Assembly: GCA_963667175.2 (NCBI GenBank) | Contig: CAXXXF010000006.1 | Coordinates: 192,001 to 256,000 of the forward strand | Reading direction: 5' to 3' | DNA: 64,000 nt | DNA from: Candidatus Latescibacterota bacterium | GTDB taxonomy: Bacteria; Latescibacterota; UBA2968; GCA-2709665 | Shown here: piece by piece, positions 47,668 through 58,547 of the stretch | How the letters are laid out: each line of letters starts with the position of its first letter | Position numbering within the stretch: position 1 is the first letter of the stretch | The notes under the pieces: model-generated | What the model was told of the DNA's origin: nothing | The model's database searches: none | What the model saw: the letters and a program-made list of their open reading frames with translations, nothing else | Program-made: the position numbers and the translations under genes

Positions 47668-49848
47668 CTATCCTCCCGCGTCGGTTTCCTGCTGCAGATA
47701 GGAATACACCTGATAATTGCGATACACCAGCTTCACGTAATTGCGAGTCTCCCGGTACGGAATGCTCTCAACGAACTCATCCACGTCGTGCGCAGGGAGC
47801 CGTGCCGACCATTTCCGCGCCACTTCCAATCCCGCGTTGTATGCCGATAAGGCCAGGCCCAACTGTCTGTCTTTGCTGCGCCTGAAATATCGGAAATGAT
47901 CGGCCAGATGTCTTGCGCCCAGCCGAATGGACGTATGGGGGTCCCACAGATCTTCCGTAGTGAATCCTTCGAGACGCAGCTTGCGCGCCACCTGGCGTCC
48001 CGTGGCCGGCATGACCTGCATCAACCCGCGGGCGCCCGCCCTCGACAATGCCATTTCATCAAACGCGCTTTCCTGTCGGATAATTGCAATGACCAGATTC
48101 GGGTCGAGCCCGAGTTCCTGAGCGGCCCGGCTGATCTCGCCCCAGTAGTAGGTCGGATACAGTCGGCGAAATGACGTCAACGATATCGCCACGCCCTGTT
48201 CGCGTTCCAGATTGAGGATCCGGCCGGATATCCGAAACGCCTGGTTCATCGCGCCAACGCGTTCAAACCGCCGCTGCAATTCACTCAGCGCGAAAATCTC
48301 CCGTCTGTGCGCCCATCCCGCGTGTCTGTATTCCTGTTCTGCTTCATCATAGAGGCCCAGATCGGCCAACCTGTCTCCCTTGAGCAGGTACGGTGACGGC
48401 ACGTAGGTGCGCTGCGCACCCTCGGGCGCCGGCGACGCCGGCGCCCGAGGGTGCGTTCTGTCTTTCCGCGCCAGAGACGCGCGCGCGCGGGAACTGTAGT
48501 ACGAGGTTGGAAAGCCGGCCGCAGCCTGCCGAATCCAATCGGCGCCCAACGCCTTCCGTCCTGCCCGTTGATAGGACTTGCCGGCCCAATAGTAGCCCTG
48601 GTCGCGCATGTAATGCTCCGGCGTCTCCTCCGCCAGTTTCTGAAAGACGCGGGCCGCATTCTCGAATCGTCCCAGACCGTAGAGCGCATAGCCAGCGCGC
48701 CATCTGGCGCGATCCGCAAGATGGCTGCGCGGATACCGATCGGCCAGATTCAGGAATACCTCGCGCGCCTTCGTGCGCCTGCCCCTGCGTTCATTAGCCA
48801 TTGCGGCCTGCCAGAGCGCCTCGGCAGCCCCGGGCGTTGCGGGATACTGGCGCGCGAAGGACTGAAACCGCCCGGCCGCTTTCAAATCGAGCCCCAGCTT
48901 CACGTAACAGCGCCCGAGGTGAAATAACGCCTTCGGCGTCCGGTACCGGCGATGCGCTTCCCGGAATGCCCGCTCCGCGGTACGGTAGTCCCTTTGCTTG
49001 TAGTGGGTCAGCCCCAGTTCCAGCTGCGCACGACCCTGCCATGCGGCATCATGCGACTCCCTGACGACCCGTCGAAGAATCCTGGCGGACTGGCGAAACC
49101 GCCCATGCGCTGCATACGCCACGGCCGCGTAAACCTGTTCCTGTACCGATCGCAATTGCCCGACCGAATCCAATGCGTCGACCGCCTCGCGCGACCCGGG
49201 GTGATCCCGCACGAGGCGCAGCCGGATTCGCCTGGCGTCCGCCGAATCTCCCACGGCCTCCAATGCGCCTGCAAGACCCGAGAGCGCTCTCACCGCGTGA
49301 CGACTCTCGTCCGGCAGTCGCCGGTACATCCCTGCGGCTTCCCGCGCCCGTCGCGTCTGCAGATAGAGTTCGGCCGTCTGAATCGCCGCGTCTTCAAACA
49401 GCCGGCCCGACGGCCGCCTGTCTACGGCACGTGTAAAATACACGAGTGCACTGTCTGCCCGTCCGAGCCCCCGGTGGCATTCGGCCTGCCAGAAATCCAA
49501 ATAATCACGAATCCCCTCAGACGCGTTCTTTGCCGCGCGGAATCCGGCAAGAGCATCTTCGAATCGTCCAAGCTCCTTCAAACACAGGGCGCGCTGAAGT
49601 CCCGCCCTGCGAGTCGCCCAATCGTCCATTTCGGCCTTATCCATACGGGACAGCACATGCAGCGCGTTCCGGAACGCCCCACGTGAGATCAGGGTCTCGG
49701 CAACCGTCAGCCGCCCCAGACGCACGCCCCTGCCGAGAGGTCGAGGGACCGCCAGGACAGCCGCAGCCACAAGCGCCACGGTCGTTCCGGCAAGCCACAC
49801 CTCGCTCAACCTGAACCGGACCGGGGCATTCTTGAATTTGGAATTCAT
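47668..49848 (-). CDS. TPR-containing soluble lytic transglycosylase
   Basis: IRQES.F, GARGLMQVMP, AYNAG, ESIPYRETRNYV. Confidence 0.9.
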   Translation of the reverse strand: MNSKFKNAPVRFRLSEVWLAGTTVALVAAAVLAVPRPLGRGVRLGRLTVAETLISRGAFRNALHVLSRMDKAEMDDWATRRAGLQRALCLKELGRFEDALAGFRAAKNASEGIRDYLDFWQAECHRGLGRADSALVYFTRAVDRRPSGRLFEDAAIQTAELYLQTRRAREAAGMYRRLPDESRHAVRALSGLAGALEAVGDSADARRIRLRLVRDHPGSREAVDALDSVGQLRSVQEQVYAAVAYAAHGRFRQSARILRRVVRESHDAAWQGRAQLELGLTHYKQRDYRTAERAFREAHRRYRTPKALFHLGRCYVKLGLDLKAAGRFQSFARQYPATPGAAEALWQAAMANERRGRRTKAREVFLNLADRYPRSHLADRARWRAGYALYGLGRFENAARVFQKLAEETPEHYMRDQGYYWAGKSYQRAGRKALGADWIRQAAAGFPTSYYSSRARASLARKDRTHPRAPASPAPEGAQRTYVPSPYLLKGDRLADLGLYDEAEQEYRHAGWAHRREIFALSELQRRFERVGAMNQAFRISGRILNLEREQGVAISLTSFRRLYPTYYWGEISRAAQELGLDPNLVIAIIRQESAFDEMALSRAGARGLMQVMPATGRQVARKLRLEGFTTEDLWDPHTSIRLGARHLADHFRYFRRSKDRQLGLALSAYNAGLEVARKWSARLPAHDVDEFVESIPYRETRNYVKLVYRNYQVYSYLQQETDAGG

Positions 49849-50066
49849 GGCGGATGGACAACGGATGACATCTCAGGCGCGGACGTGGCAATCGTCGACT
49901 CGAGCGCCTGAGGGCGCCGTTACGCCCGTGTTTCCTGACGACGTCGTTATTGGAATAACGACCTGAAATTCTCGATGACGGCCAGGACGCCGAAGTAGGT
50001 GAACACGAAGCCGCAAAGGACGTTCAGCATGACGAGAGCGGTATCAATGAAGGCAGCGGAAGAAGA

Positions 50067-51032
50067 TCACCTGACCGCGAACGGATTCCCCGGCGACCCG
50101 GTGGCGCCCTTCAGCCGCAGCGGCGCAAATACAAACGCAAACTCGTACACTTCGTCTGCCGCCAGACCGTCGAGGTCCAGATTCTCCAGAATATAGACCC
50201 CGTTACGCTGGATCAGCAACTCGTGGACCCGGAACGCACCGTCCGCGTCTTCACCGGGCACGGCCTCGACCGCCCACGTATCGGCGCCGACCATGACGAT
50301 CTTCCTCTCGAGCAGCCACCGGGCGGCTTCCAGCCCGATGCCCGGCTGGCCCGAGTTGTAGATCTCGTTGTCGACCATCCACAATTTTCCGTGGCCGGTC
50401 CGGATCAGCACGACGTCGCCCTCCGTGACCGCGACGGCCTGCTCTTTCAAGGCCCCCTCGATGTCGGCCGCGCTAATCACGTAGCCCACCTCCAGCCGCT
50501 CCAAACCCCTGTACTCCGCCACGTCCACGAGAACGCCACGGGTGAAGATTACACCGACGTTCTCGATGCCGAGTTTCTCCAGGCCGTAGGCCGTCCCGAC
50601 CTCTGACCGTGTAAATCCATTGTAGAAGACGTCCTGATCGCCCCTGCGCGTACCGATGTGACCCAGACCGTCGAACTGGGTCCCCACCTGTCCGATCTCA
50701 CCGCTGAACATCTCGTCGTACCAGATCAGCTGGTTCTCTCCGACCGGCCCGCCCGTTGGCGAACCCGGAATTGTCAGACTGTAGTGCCGGTTCCCGAAAA
50801 GCGGTATGCCGGGCTCGTACACCCGTCCGAGCTGGTAGGTCTTGCCCGTCCGGATCAATCTCGCCGCCGCCATTACCTTCTGGGGGGTCAGCCGGTTTGC
50901 CGCTCCCCGCTGATCTTCCGCGCCCCATTCCGAGGGCCACCATTTGTCTTCTTCCGCGCCTTGCTGCGCCATGGCCGGAGTCGTCGCGATCAGGCAACCG
51001 ACCAACAATACACACAGATTACGATTTCGCAT
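50067..51032 (-). CDS. Secreted cyclase/kynurenine formamidase family protein
   Basis: Signal peptide, WGAEDQRGAAN, GTQFDGLGH, ENLDL, GATGSP. Confidence 0.88.
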   Translation of the reverse strand: MRNRNLCVLLVGCLIATTPAMAQQGAEEDKWWPSEWGAEDQRGAANRLTPQKVMAAARLIRTGKTYQLGRVYEPGIPLFGNRHYSLTIPGSPTGGPVGENQLIWYDEMFSGEIGQVGTQFDGLGHIGTRRGDQDVFYNGFTRSEVGTAYGLEKLGIENVGVIFTRGVLVDVAEYRGLERLEVGYVISAADIEGALKEQAVAVTEGDVVLIRTGHGKLWMVDNEIYNSGQPGIGLEAARWLLERKIVMVGADTWAVEAVPGEDADGAFRVHELLIQRNGVYILENLDLDGLAADEVYEFAFVFAPLRLKGATGSPGNPFAVR

Positions 51033-51254
51033 ACCCGCCTCCTTCAGGGCGTAGGGTTGACACGGTATCGGCGCACAGGTCGGATTATGATAATACCCCC
51101 AACGATCAAAGGCAAGGGCGGAATGCGTATATTGACCCGACAGACAGAAGCCTGTTGCGCCCGCAACAGAGGCATGCTATCTTGGGCGCTGTCTTCAACG
51201 CCGCCCCCGAAGCGCCGTGCCGACCCCCTGTCTTCGCTTTTACGAGGTCCGCCA

Positions 51255-52274
51255 ATGAAGACCGAAATCCTCGGCCGTACCGGCCTGGAGATCCCCATTG
51301 TGGGCCTGGGTACCGGCTTTATCGGCATCGCCGATCCCAATCGCGCGGCGGCGGAATACGACTTCATGGATACGTGGACCGTGGAACCGCCGGGACCTTC
51401 GGGCGTCGTGTCCGGGAAGTCAAGCCAGATGGACGTCGAGCTGGGAATTGCAACGGTGCACGCGGCGATCGAAGCGGGCTCCACGCTGATCGATACCGCC
51501 CCGCTGTACGGTTCAGGCAACAGCGAGTCCATCATCGGCGAGGCCCTCAGACAGCGACCCGACCTGGCAAAGCGGTGCACGGTAACCACAAAGGTGGGGC
51601 AGACGGCCGACGGGCGGGACTATTCCTACGACGCCGTCATGCGGCAGGTAGAGGAAAGCCGGCGCCGGCTCGGAATCGACGGTTTCGACGTTCTCTACAT
51701 TCACGATGCCATGGAAATTCCCGTTGAGGAAGTCATGGGCAGGCGCCGTGCCCTTGGCGCCCTTCGAAGGCTTCAGGATACGGGCGTCACGCGCTTTGTC
51801 GGCACCGCCGCCAACGACCCCTGCACCAACGCCTCGTACATCGAAACGGGGGAATTCGATGCCGCAGTCGTTCCCGATGCGCTCAGCCTGATCAATCAGC
51901 TTGCTGGCGAGCGCATCCTGCCCGCGGCGGTCACACACAACGTGGGGCTCGTGGTTGCCACGCCGGTTGAACGGGGACTGCTCGCCACCGGTCCCGTGAA
52001 GGGCATCAATTACCTGGCCCGAAATTTCAGCCGGTCCTGCGTGGATCACGTCTCGAAAATCCAGACTCTTTGCGCCAGACACGGGGTACCCATGGTTGCG
52101 GCAGCCCTTCAGTGGTGCACGCGCCATCCCCAGGTGGCCGCCACCATACCCGGCGCCCGTATCCCGGCAGAGGCCCGTGCGAACGCCGATGCCGGAGCGG
52201 CCGAAATACCCGAAGCGTTCTGGATGGAACTCGCCCCGCTCATCCGCCACTTTGAAGTGGTCGTGGACCGCTAG
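51255..52274 (+). CDS. Aldo/keto reductase
   Basis: LGRTGLEI..VGLG, IDTAPLYG, TTKVG, S..RLG, IPGAR. Confidence 0.9.
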   Translation: MKTEILGRTGLEIPIVGLGTGFIGIADPNRAAAEYDFMDTWTVEPPGPSGVVSGKSSQMDVELGIATVHAAIEAGSTLIDTAPLYGSGNSESIIGEALRQRPDLAKRCTVTTKVGQTADGRDYSYDAVMRQVEESRRRLGIDGFDVLYIHDAMEIPVEEVMGRRRALGALRRLQDTGVTRFVGTAANDPCTNASYIETGEFDAAVVPDALSLINQLAGERILPAAVTHNVGLVVATPVERGLLATGPVKGINYLARNFSRSCVDHVSKIQTLCARHGVPMVAAALQWCTRHPQVAATIPGARIPAEARANADAGAAEIPEAFWMELAPLIRHFEVVVDR

Positions 52275-52311
52275 CGCGCGGACAACCGAAAAATCCGCGG
52301 ATGTTCAGTTT

Positions 52312-53202
52312 ATGGCCTTAAAGCTGACCCTTCTGGGCACCGGGACACCCACCCCCCTCAACCACCGCGCGGGCTCCGGTTACCTCGTCACGTTCGACGA
52401 GGAAGTCCTGCTGTTCGACTGCGGTCCGGGTATCGCGCGACGCCTCCTCGAAGCGGCCGTCCCGCCCGAAGCGCTGACGCGCCTCTTTCTTACCCATCTC
52501 CACTACGACCACTGCGTGGACTACGCATGTATCGTGCTCACCCGCTGGGACCAGGGCGCGGGCAAGATCCCCGACCTTGACGTGTACGGTCCGCCGCCGT
52601 TGATTCGCATGACGGAGAGACTCTTCGGGCCAGACGGCGCCTTCGGTCCGGACCTCGATGCAAGAACAAAACACCCCGGCAGCGAGTTCGTTTACGAACG
52701 GAGGGGCGGAATTCTGCCCCGGCAACGGCCCGGCCCCGTCGTCACCGAAGTGGCGCACGGCTCGTGCATTCATGTCGGAAACTGGCGAGTCGAAGCCGCC
52801 GAAGTCATCCATGTCCAGCCCCAGCTCACGTGCCTGGCCTACCGGCTGGACACCCCCTATGGGACCGTCGTCTTCGGCGGCGACACCGCGCCGGCCCCCA
52901 GGCTTACGGAGCTGGCTGGAGGCGCGGACGTACTCATCCACATGTGCCACCTGATGAACGACGTCGAACGGGACCCGCGCGTTACCGGCTGCTGCTCCGG
53001 CCACCTCGATGCCGCCCGGACCGCGTCGGAAGCGGACGTCGGCACGGTGATTCTGACCCACGTGACGGAACAGCTGGAGCCGCCCGGCGTCCGGGAGCGC
53101 CTCGTGGCGGAAGCCGCGCGCATTTTCAGCGGCCACATCGTATTCGCGGAAGACCTCACGGAAGTGCCCGTCGGACCCATCGATCCGGAACCCATCCGAT
53201 AG
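52312..53202 (+). CDS. MBL-fold hydrolase (RNase Z/arylsulfatase AtsA-like)
   Basis: LLGTGTP, FDCGPG, THLHYDH, GDT, LTH. Confidence 0.85.
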   Translation: MALKLTLLGTGTPTPLNHRAGSGYLVTFDEEVLLFDCGPGIARRLLEAAVPPEALTRLFLTHLHYDHCVDYACIVLTRWDQGAGKIPDLDVYGPPPLIRMTERLFGPDGAFGPDLDARTKHPGSEFVYERRGGILPRQRPGPVVTEVAHGSCIHVGNWRVEAAEVIHVQPQLTCLAYRLDTPYGTVVFGGDTAPAPRLTELAGGADVLIHMCHLMNDVERDPRVTGCCSGHLDAARTASEADVGTVILTHVTEQLEPPGVRERLVAEAARIFSGHIVFAEDLTEVPVGPIDPEPIR

Positions 53203-53278
53203 CCGGCGCCGGGCGCGACCGGTTCGTTTCACGTTTTCCCAGTTTCCAACTCAAGACGTTCACCCCAGGAGTAATCTG

Positions 53279-54643
53279 GTGAAAGCCATCATCCTGGCCG
53301 CCGGAAAAGGCGACCGATTCTACCCGTTCAACCACTACCGGCCCAAACCCATGTTTCCCATCTGCAACCGGCCGCTGCTCGAGTGGACCGTCGAACGCGT
53401 CGCGGACGCGGGGATCACGGACGTCGGCATCGTCGTTGGCCACCGGCAGGGTCGGATACGCAGCCACTTTTCGGACGGCAGCCGATTCGGATGCGCAATC
53501 ACGTACATCGAACAGCCGGAGCAACTCGGGACGGCCGACGCGGTGTGCGCGGCGGCAGAGTTTATCGGCAAGAATGACTTCCTGGTTGTCTATGGCGACC
53601 TCTTCTTCGAGCCGAAGGTCCTTTCGCAACTACGGGATGCGTTCACCGACCGCTCCGTCGCCGCTGTACATCAGAGCGATCAGCTCAGCCGGCGCATTCG
53701 CGTGGAAACCGATGGCCGCGAGAACATCGTCGGCTACACCTGGAAGCCCCGGTCGTCGGCCGGCAGGGCGCTTTCAGGCCTGTTCGCATTCAGGAACGAC
53801 GCGCTGCAGGACCTTGCGAACACATCGGACGCTATTGCCAGCGTGCAAAACGGCGTCACGCCGCCCGAGGGCCGCGAAATCGCCGATGCCCTGCCGGTCA
53901 TGCACCGGGAGGGCCGGCCCGCCGGCGCCGTCCGAACCGGCGGCGTCCGCTACGATATGGACATGCCCTGGGAGCCCCTCGCGGTCAGTCGACTGGCCGT
54001 GCGGGAGATGGCCCGGGGACTGCCGGAAACGCGTTTCGCCGAGACTGCGCGGGTGGATGCGAACGCGCACATCGACGGCCCCGTATCCGTGGACGATGGC
54101 GCGACGATCTCATCCGGGGTCCGTATCAGCGGGCCCGTCTGGATCGGCAGGAACACGCACGTCTTCGAGGGCTCCCAGATTGCATCGGGCACGGTCATTG
54201 GCGACGACTGCCGGATCGGGCCCTTCGCGAAGGTCTCCGGCTTCGTGGACCGCAACAACCACATCACCTTTCTCGGTGAGTTCAGCGGCGTCATCCTGGC
54301 GGGCGGGCGGATCACCCACCAGATGCAAATTGCCGGCATCTACGGCGAAGGCGCGGAGTTCGGCGCCGGCACCCAGGTGGGCACGCTCAGATTCGACGAT
54401 GGGCCCACGCAGGTGGAAGTGAAGGGTATCCGCCGTCAGGCCCCCGGTTTCTCCGGCGCACTCTTCGGCGACTACGCGCGCACGGGCGTGGGGACCATCC
54501 TGATGCCGGGCCGCGTCGTTGGCCCGGGCGCTATGGTCGGTCCCGGCGTGGTTCTGATGAAAAACGCGCCGGCTCACAAAGCCGTGATCCTGAAGCAGGA
54601 GCACCAGGAAATCGACTGGGGGCCGGAGATTTACGATCATTAG
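53279..54643 (+). CDS. NDP-sugar pyrophosphorylase with hexapeptide-repeat domain (GlmU-like)
   Basis: AIILAAGKGDR, PKPM, EQ.EQLGTADA, left-handed beta-helix repeats. Confidence 0.82.
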   Translation: MKAIILAAGKGDRFYPFNHYRPKPMFPICNRPLLEWTVERVADAGITDVGIVVGHRQGRIRSHFSDGSRFGCAITYIEQPEQLGTADAVCAAAEFIGKNDFLVVYGDLFFEPKVLSQLRDAFTDRSVAAVHQSDQLSRRIRVETDGRENIVGYTWKPRSSAGRALSGLFAFRNDALQDLANTSDAIASVQNGVTPPEGREIADALPVMHREGRPAGAVRTGGVRYDMDMPWEPLAVSRLAVREMARGLPETRFAETARVDANAHIDGPVSVDDGATISSGVRISGPVWIGRNTHVFEGSQIASGTVIGDDCRIGPFAKVSGFVDRNNHITFLGEFSGVILAGGRITHQMQIAGIYGEGAEFGAGTQVGTLRFDDGPTQVEVKGIRRQAPGFSGALFGDYARTGVGTILMPGRVVGPGAMVGPGVVLMKNAPAHKAVILKQEHQEIDWGPEIYDH

Positions 54644-54662
54644 CTCAGCGCCCAACACTGGA

Positions 54663-56420
54663 GTGTCGATGCTGCGGGACCGGATCGAAACCGAGATTCG
54701 CCGGCGCGCGGATGGTTACAGACCCCAGACCCATCTGATTGCCGACTATTACAGGGTTCGCCGAAAAATCGCCTATCCCCTGCCGGTTCGTGAGATATAC
54801 CTGCCGGGACTGCCCATCCCCGGCATCGCCGCGTATCCATGGGCTATCTGGATGGCCTGGAGCCTGGAAGAGCGGATCCTCAGCCTGGGATGGGCGGGAT
54901 CGTGGTTCCGTGACGAAGAGGCGCGCCGGCTGGCCGTTGCCGACCTGGACGCCCTGTCCGAATGGCCGTGCTATCGCCAGCTTCCGACGCCCGATCTGAG
55001 TTCCGGCCACGCGCTTCGCCTTCTCTGGCTGGCCTACACCCGGTGGGACTGGCTGCCCGGAAGCCTGCGGGAAAAGATCGAACGGGCGTTTCACCGCCAC
55101 GTTGATGATACGCTCCCGCTGTCCGACGCCAGACACGGCGCGTTCAACGGAAAGGAAGACATCCTCGCCCTGGACGAACCCCACACCGTGCTGCACAACA
55201 TCCCGTTCATCGGCACGGTGGGCCTTGCCCTGGCCGCAAACGGAATTTCCCATCCCTCCGCAGAAACATTGAACCGGAGACTGGAGGCGCTCCTTGGAGC
55301 GATCCTGGATCTGCGAAAGAACGGCCACTCGGAAGGGATCGGTTACGACGGATACATCCTGGATTTCGCCGCCGACTGGTTGGGGACACTCTCCGCGAAG
55401 AGACGGACGGCCCTGATGGCCCATCCGCGCTTCGACGACGTGATGGATGAATCCATTGCGCTCGGCGCGCCCGGGAACATTGCAAACGTCGCCCAGTTGA
55501 GCGACGCGGAACCCCGGGAGATGCCGTTCCATGTATCCTGTCACGCCAAGCACTACCGCAACCGGCCCTCGCCTCGTACCGGATGGTACCTGAAACGCTG
55601 TCGCCTGCGGTGGCTGCGCGCCGACGCGCTCGCGGCGCTGCACGAGGTTGGGGATGAACTGACGTGCGAGCCGCCCGAAGCCGGGGCCATCGATGCCCAC
55701 TACGCGGTCGTGCTCAGGAGCGGATGGGAGGCGGACGACCTGGCGGTGGCCATGGCGGCGAGCAACTCGAAAATGAGCCACGTCCAGAACGACAACGGAA
55801 CCATCGTCATCGGCGCCGCCGGCCGGTGGCCGGTATCGGACCCCGGTTATCAGCAGTACATGAAGAAAAGAGAACGTGAATTCACCCTGGGGCCGACGGC
55901 GCACAATGCCCCTGTCATCAATGGCGCGGCGCAGGTTGGGAAACCGTCCGATCGTCGGGTCGCGCTGCGGCAGTGCAACGGAAGAACTCACATAGCCGAA
56001 TTGGACCTGACAGCCGGTTATCCGGCCGCGCTGGCATTGAAACGGGTGGTTCGAACACTGTGGCTTTCGGAAAAGAACCTGGTCGTCCTCGCCGACCGCG
56101 TGCGAGGCGCCGCAGTTGAGTCGATCGCCTATCACTGGCACGGGCACCCGGACGCCGCCTGGTGGGTGGAGGACGACGCGGCCCGGATTTACGCGCCTGA
56201 CCTTACTCTCTGGCTCGGCTCGCCCCAGGCCCGGATCACCGACAAAAGCGTCGACCGCCTTCCCGGATCCAGGGGACACCTCACGCTAAGCGCGAACGCC
56301 GATCCGTCCGCGCCATTCGTCTGGTGGATTTTTGCGAAAGGCGATACGCGACCGTCCTTGTCACTGCACGAACAGGGACGTGAGATCCGTGTCGACGACC
56401 GCAGTTTCCGGATTCCATAG
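54663..56420 (+). CDS. Heparinase II/III-like protein (no signal peptide)
   Basis: HN, EGIGY, LRSGW, HVQNDNG, DPGYQQY, AHN. Confidence 0.75.
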   Translation: MSMLRDRIETEIRRRADGYRPQTHLIADYYRVRRKIAYPLPVREIYLPGLPIPGIAAYPWAIWMAWSLEERILSLGWAGSWFRDEEARRLAVADLDALSEWPCYRQLPTPDLSSGHALRLLWLAYTRWDWLPGSLREKIERAFHRHVDDTLPLSDARHGAFNGKEDILALDEPHTVLHNIPFIGTVGLALAANGISHPSAETLNRRLEALLGAILDLRKNGHSEGIGYDGYILDFAADWLGTLSAKRRTALMAHPRFDDVMDESIALGAPGNIANVAQLSDAEPREMPFHVSCHAKHYRNRPSPRTGWYLKRCRLRWLRADALAALHEVGDELTCEPPEAGAIDAHYAVVLRSGWEADDLAVAMAASNSKMSHVQNDNGTIVIGAAGRWPVSDPGYQQYMKKREREFTLGPTAHNAPVINGAAQVGKPSDRRVALRQCNGRTHIAELDLTAGYPAALALKRVVRTLWLSEKNLVVLADRVRGAAVESIAYHWHGHPDAAWWVEDDAARIYAPDLTLWLGSPQARITDKSVDRLPGSRGHLTLSANADPSAPFVWWIFAKGDTRPSLSLHEQGREIRVDDRSFRIP

Positions 56421-56541
56421 ACGTACCCGAAAGCCGGACTTCCATGGCCGCCGTTACGTTGATGGATGCAATCTGCAGGCCGGATGAGATTTGTGGTTGT
56501 ACCCGTGACGCCGTGCACGATCAAAGAAAGGGAACCGCTGA

Positions 56542-58473
56542 GTGAACGTTTCCAGAATCTGTGACGTTCCCTTCCTGGCGCCCTCCAATTCCACGGGGGA
56601 ACTCCTGCCCGACCCCAAACTCGGGCGCCATGTGCTCTACCAATCCATGTTCTCCGCGGTACCGGGCCGTCCGCCGGCTCTGGTCCGCACGGACTTCGAA
56701 TGCCACGAATACGCGTCCTTTGCCCAGCCTCGAGGCCGCGGGACCTGGAAGGCCCGGCTCCTGTCCGACAACAAGATCTGGTTTGGCATGAACGGCCCGG
56801 GGCAACTCGCCTGTTTCAACCCGATCACCGAAGCCTACGAGGACGTCCCGCCGCACAACCCGGCGACGGAAAACACCCATCTTACGGACGTCGTCGAAGG
56901 ACCGGACGGAAAGCTGTACATGCCGGGCTACCCCTCCGGCGACTGTGTGGTCTACGACCGCAGCACGGGCGAATACAGGGAAGTCGCCGTCGAGGAGAAC
57001 GACCATCAGCTTTTCGCCGCCTGTCTCACCGACGGCGGACGTATCGGTATTCTGAACGGACTCCAGCACGGCGTCTACGCCCTCGACCCACGCACGGATG
57101 AAGTCACGGTGACGTCGCCGTCTCACCTTACCGGCCGGCCGGACGCTTACAGCGGCTTCCTGCGTCTCGGCGATCAGTTTCTGGTCACCCTCGGCCATCC
57201 TGAAGGCGGCATCGAAATCTGTCGATTCTCCGCGTTTGACCTCAGCTTTCTCGGTTCCTTCGTTGTCGTTACGGCGGTTCCCTCCGGACGGAACCTGATG
57301 GCCTCGCCGGAAGGGCGCCTGTACATGAGCGTGGACGACGGTTACCTCTACGCCATCGACCTGGAAACAGAGTCCGCAGAACTCGCCTGCCGCATCCCGC
57401 GTGTTCCCAGCCGCGGCAACTACTACTTTCTGAATGAGCATCGGATCCTCTTTGCCGGCCATTCGCAGTACTACGGCATCTGCGATATCCGAACCGCCGA
57501 ACTCGACCTCCACCGGACCGAGATCGAGAATCCCCCCATCGGCATCTTCTCCATCCTGCCGGCCTCTACGGGGCATGTCTACTGCTCCGCCCACCTGGGC
57601 CTTTCTCTCACGCGCGTGGATCCGGCGTCAGAGCGGGCGGAGACGTTGGGTCTGACGTACAACGGGTCCGGCGAAATCTACGGCAGCGCCGAAGCCGGCG
57701 GCAGCATCTACAGCATCTCGTACACCCATAACGTCCTTACGGTATACAATCCGAAACGACCATGGCGACCCGGTCCGGCGCAGGGCGATAATCCCCGGAA
57801 TCTTGGACCGATGGGCGACGAGCAGTACCGACCCGTCACCGGCATTCTCAATGGGCCGGGAAACAGACTCTACGTCGGATCCATGCCGGACTACGGAGCC
57901 AGGGGCGGCGCGCTGACGGTTGTCGATCCCACCGATAACAGCCACAAGTCCTACCGACACCTGGCGCCAGACCATTCCATTCTGGGCCTGGCCGCAGGCC
58001 ATGAACACGTCTATCTCGGTACCAGCATCATCGCCGACGGCTATATACAGCCCGCCGAAGGCGACGCGTGTTTTCTGATTTTCGATCCCGACAGCGAAAC
58101 CGTACTGTACAAAGAGGAAATCGGGGGCGCCCGCAGCCTGATGACCATGGGATGCGGCGCGGACCGCGTCTTTTTCTGGTCCGACGACCACGAGGGCGGC
58201 AACCGCTTTTTCGTTTGCCGCCTTTCCGACCGCGCAGTGAGCGCCGTCAGCATTCCGTTCACCGGCGGCAGGCCCCACAACCGGCCCATGATTACGGGCA
58301 AGAGCGGCGATCTCTTCTTCACCCATGGAAACCGGATCGTTCGCCTCGATCCCGAAACCGCATCGCTCGCAATCGCCCACACCGCGGCCGCTGGCGATAC
58401 GCCGATACTCGCCGCCATCGGCAACGACGTCCTTTTCTCGCAACGGCACGAACTCTGGCGCTTGACGTTCTGA
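56542..58473 (+). CDS. Beta-propeller protein of unknown function
   Basis: Recurring GPDGKLY/GRLY/YDP blade motifs, PDYGARGGAL. Confidence 0.65.
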   Translation: MNVSRICDVPFLAPSNSTGELLPDPKLGRHVLYQSMFSAVPGRPPALVRTDFECHEYASFAQPRGRGTWKARLLSDNKIWFGMNGPGQLACFNPITEAYEDVPPHNPATENTHLTDVVEGPDGKLYMPGYPSGDCVVYDRSTGEYREVAVEENDHQLFAACLTDGGRIGILNGLQHGVYALDPRTDEVTVTSPSHLTGRPDAYSGFLRLGDQFLVTLGHPEGGIEICRFSAFDLSFLGSFVVVTAVPSGRNLMASPEGRLYMSVDDGYLYAIDLETESAELACRIPRVPSRGNYYFLNEHRILFAGHSQYYGICDIRTAELDLHRTEIENPPIGIFSILPASTGHVYCSAHLGLSLTRVDPASERAETLGLTYNGSGEIYGSAEAGGSIYSISYTHNVLTVYNPKRPWRPGPAQGDNPRNLGPMGDEQYRPVTGILNGPGNRLYVGSMPDYGARGGALTVVDPTDNSHKSYRHLAPDHSILGLAAGHEHVYLGTSIIADGYIQPAEGDACFLIFDPDSETVLYKEEIGGARSLMTMGCGADRVFFWSDDHEGGNRFFVCRLSDRAVSAVSIPFTGGRPHNRPMITGKSGDLFFTHGNRIVRLDPETASLAIAHTAAAGDTPILAAIGNDVLFSQRHELWRLTF

Positions 58474-58547
58474 CCCGTCCAGGTATCAATTCAGGAACCC
58501 ATTGTGAAAACCGATCCCGACTGGAAACTTCGACGAAGAGACGCCAA

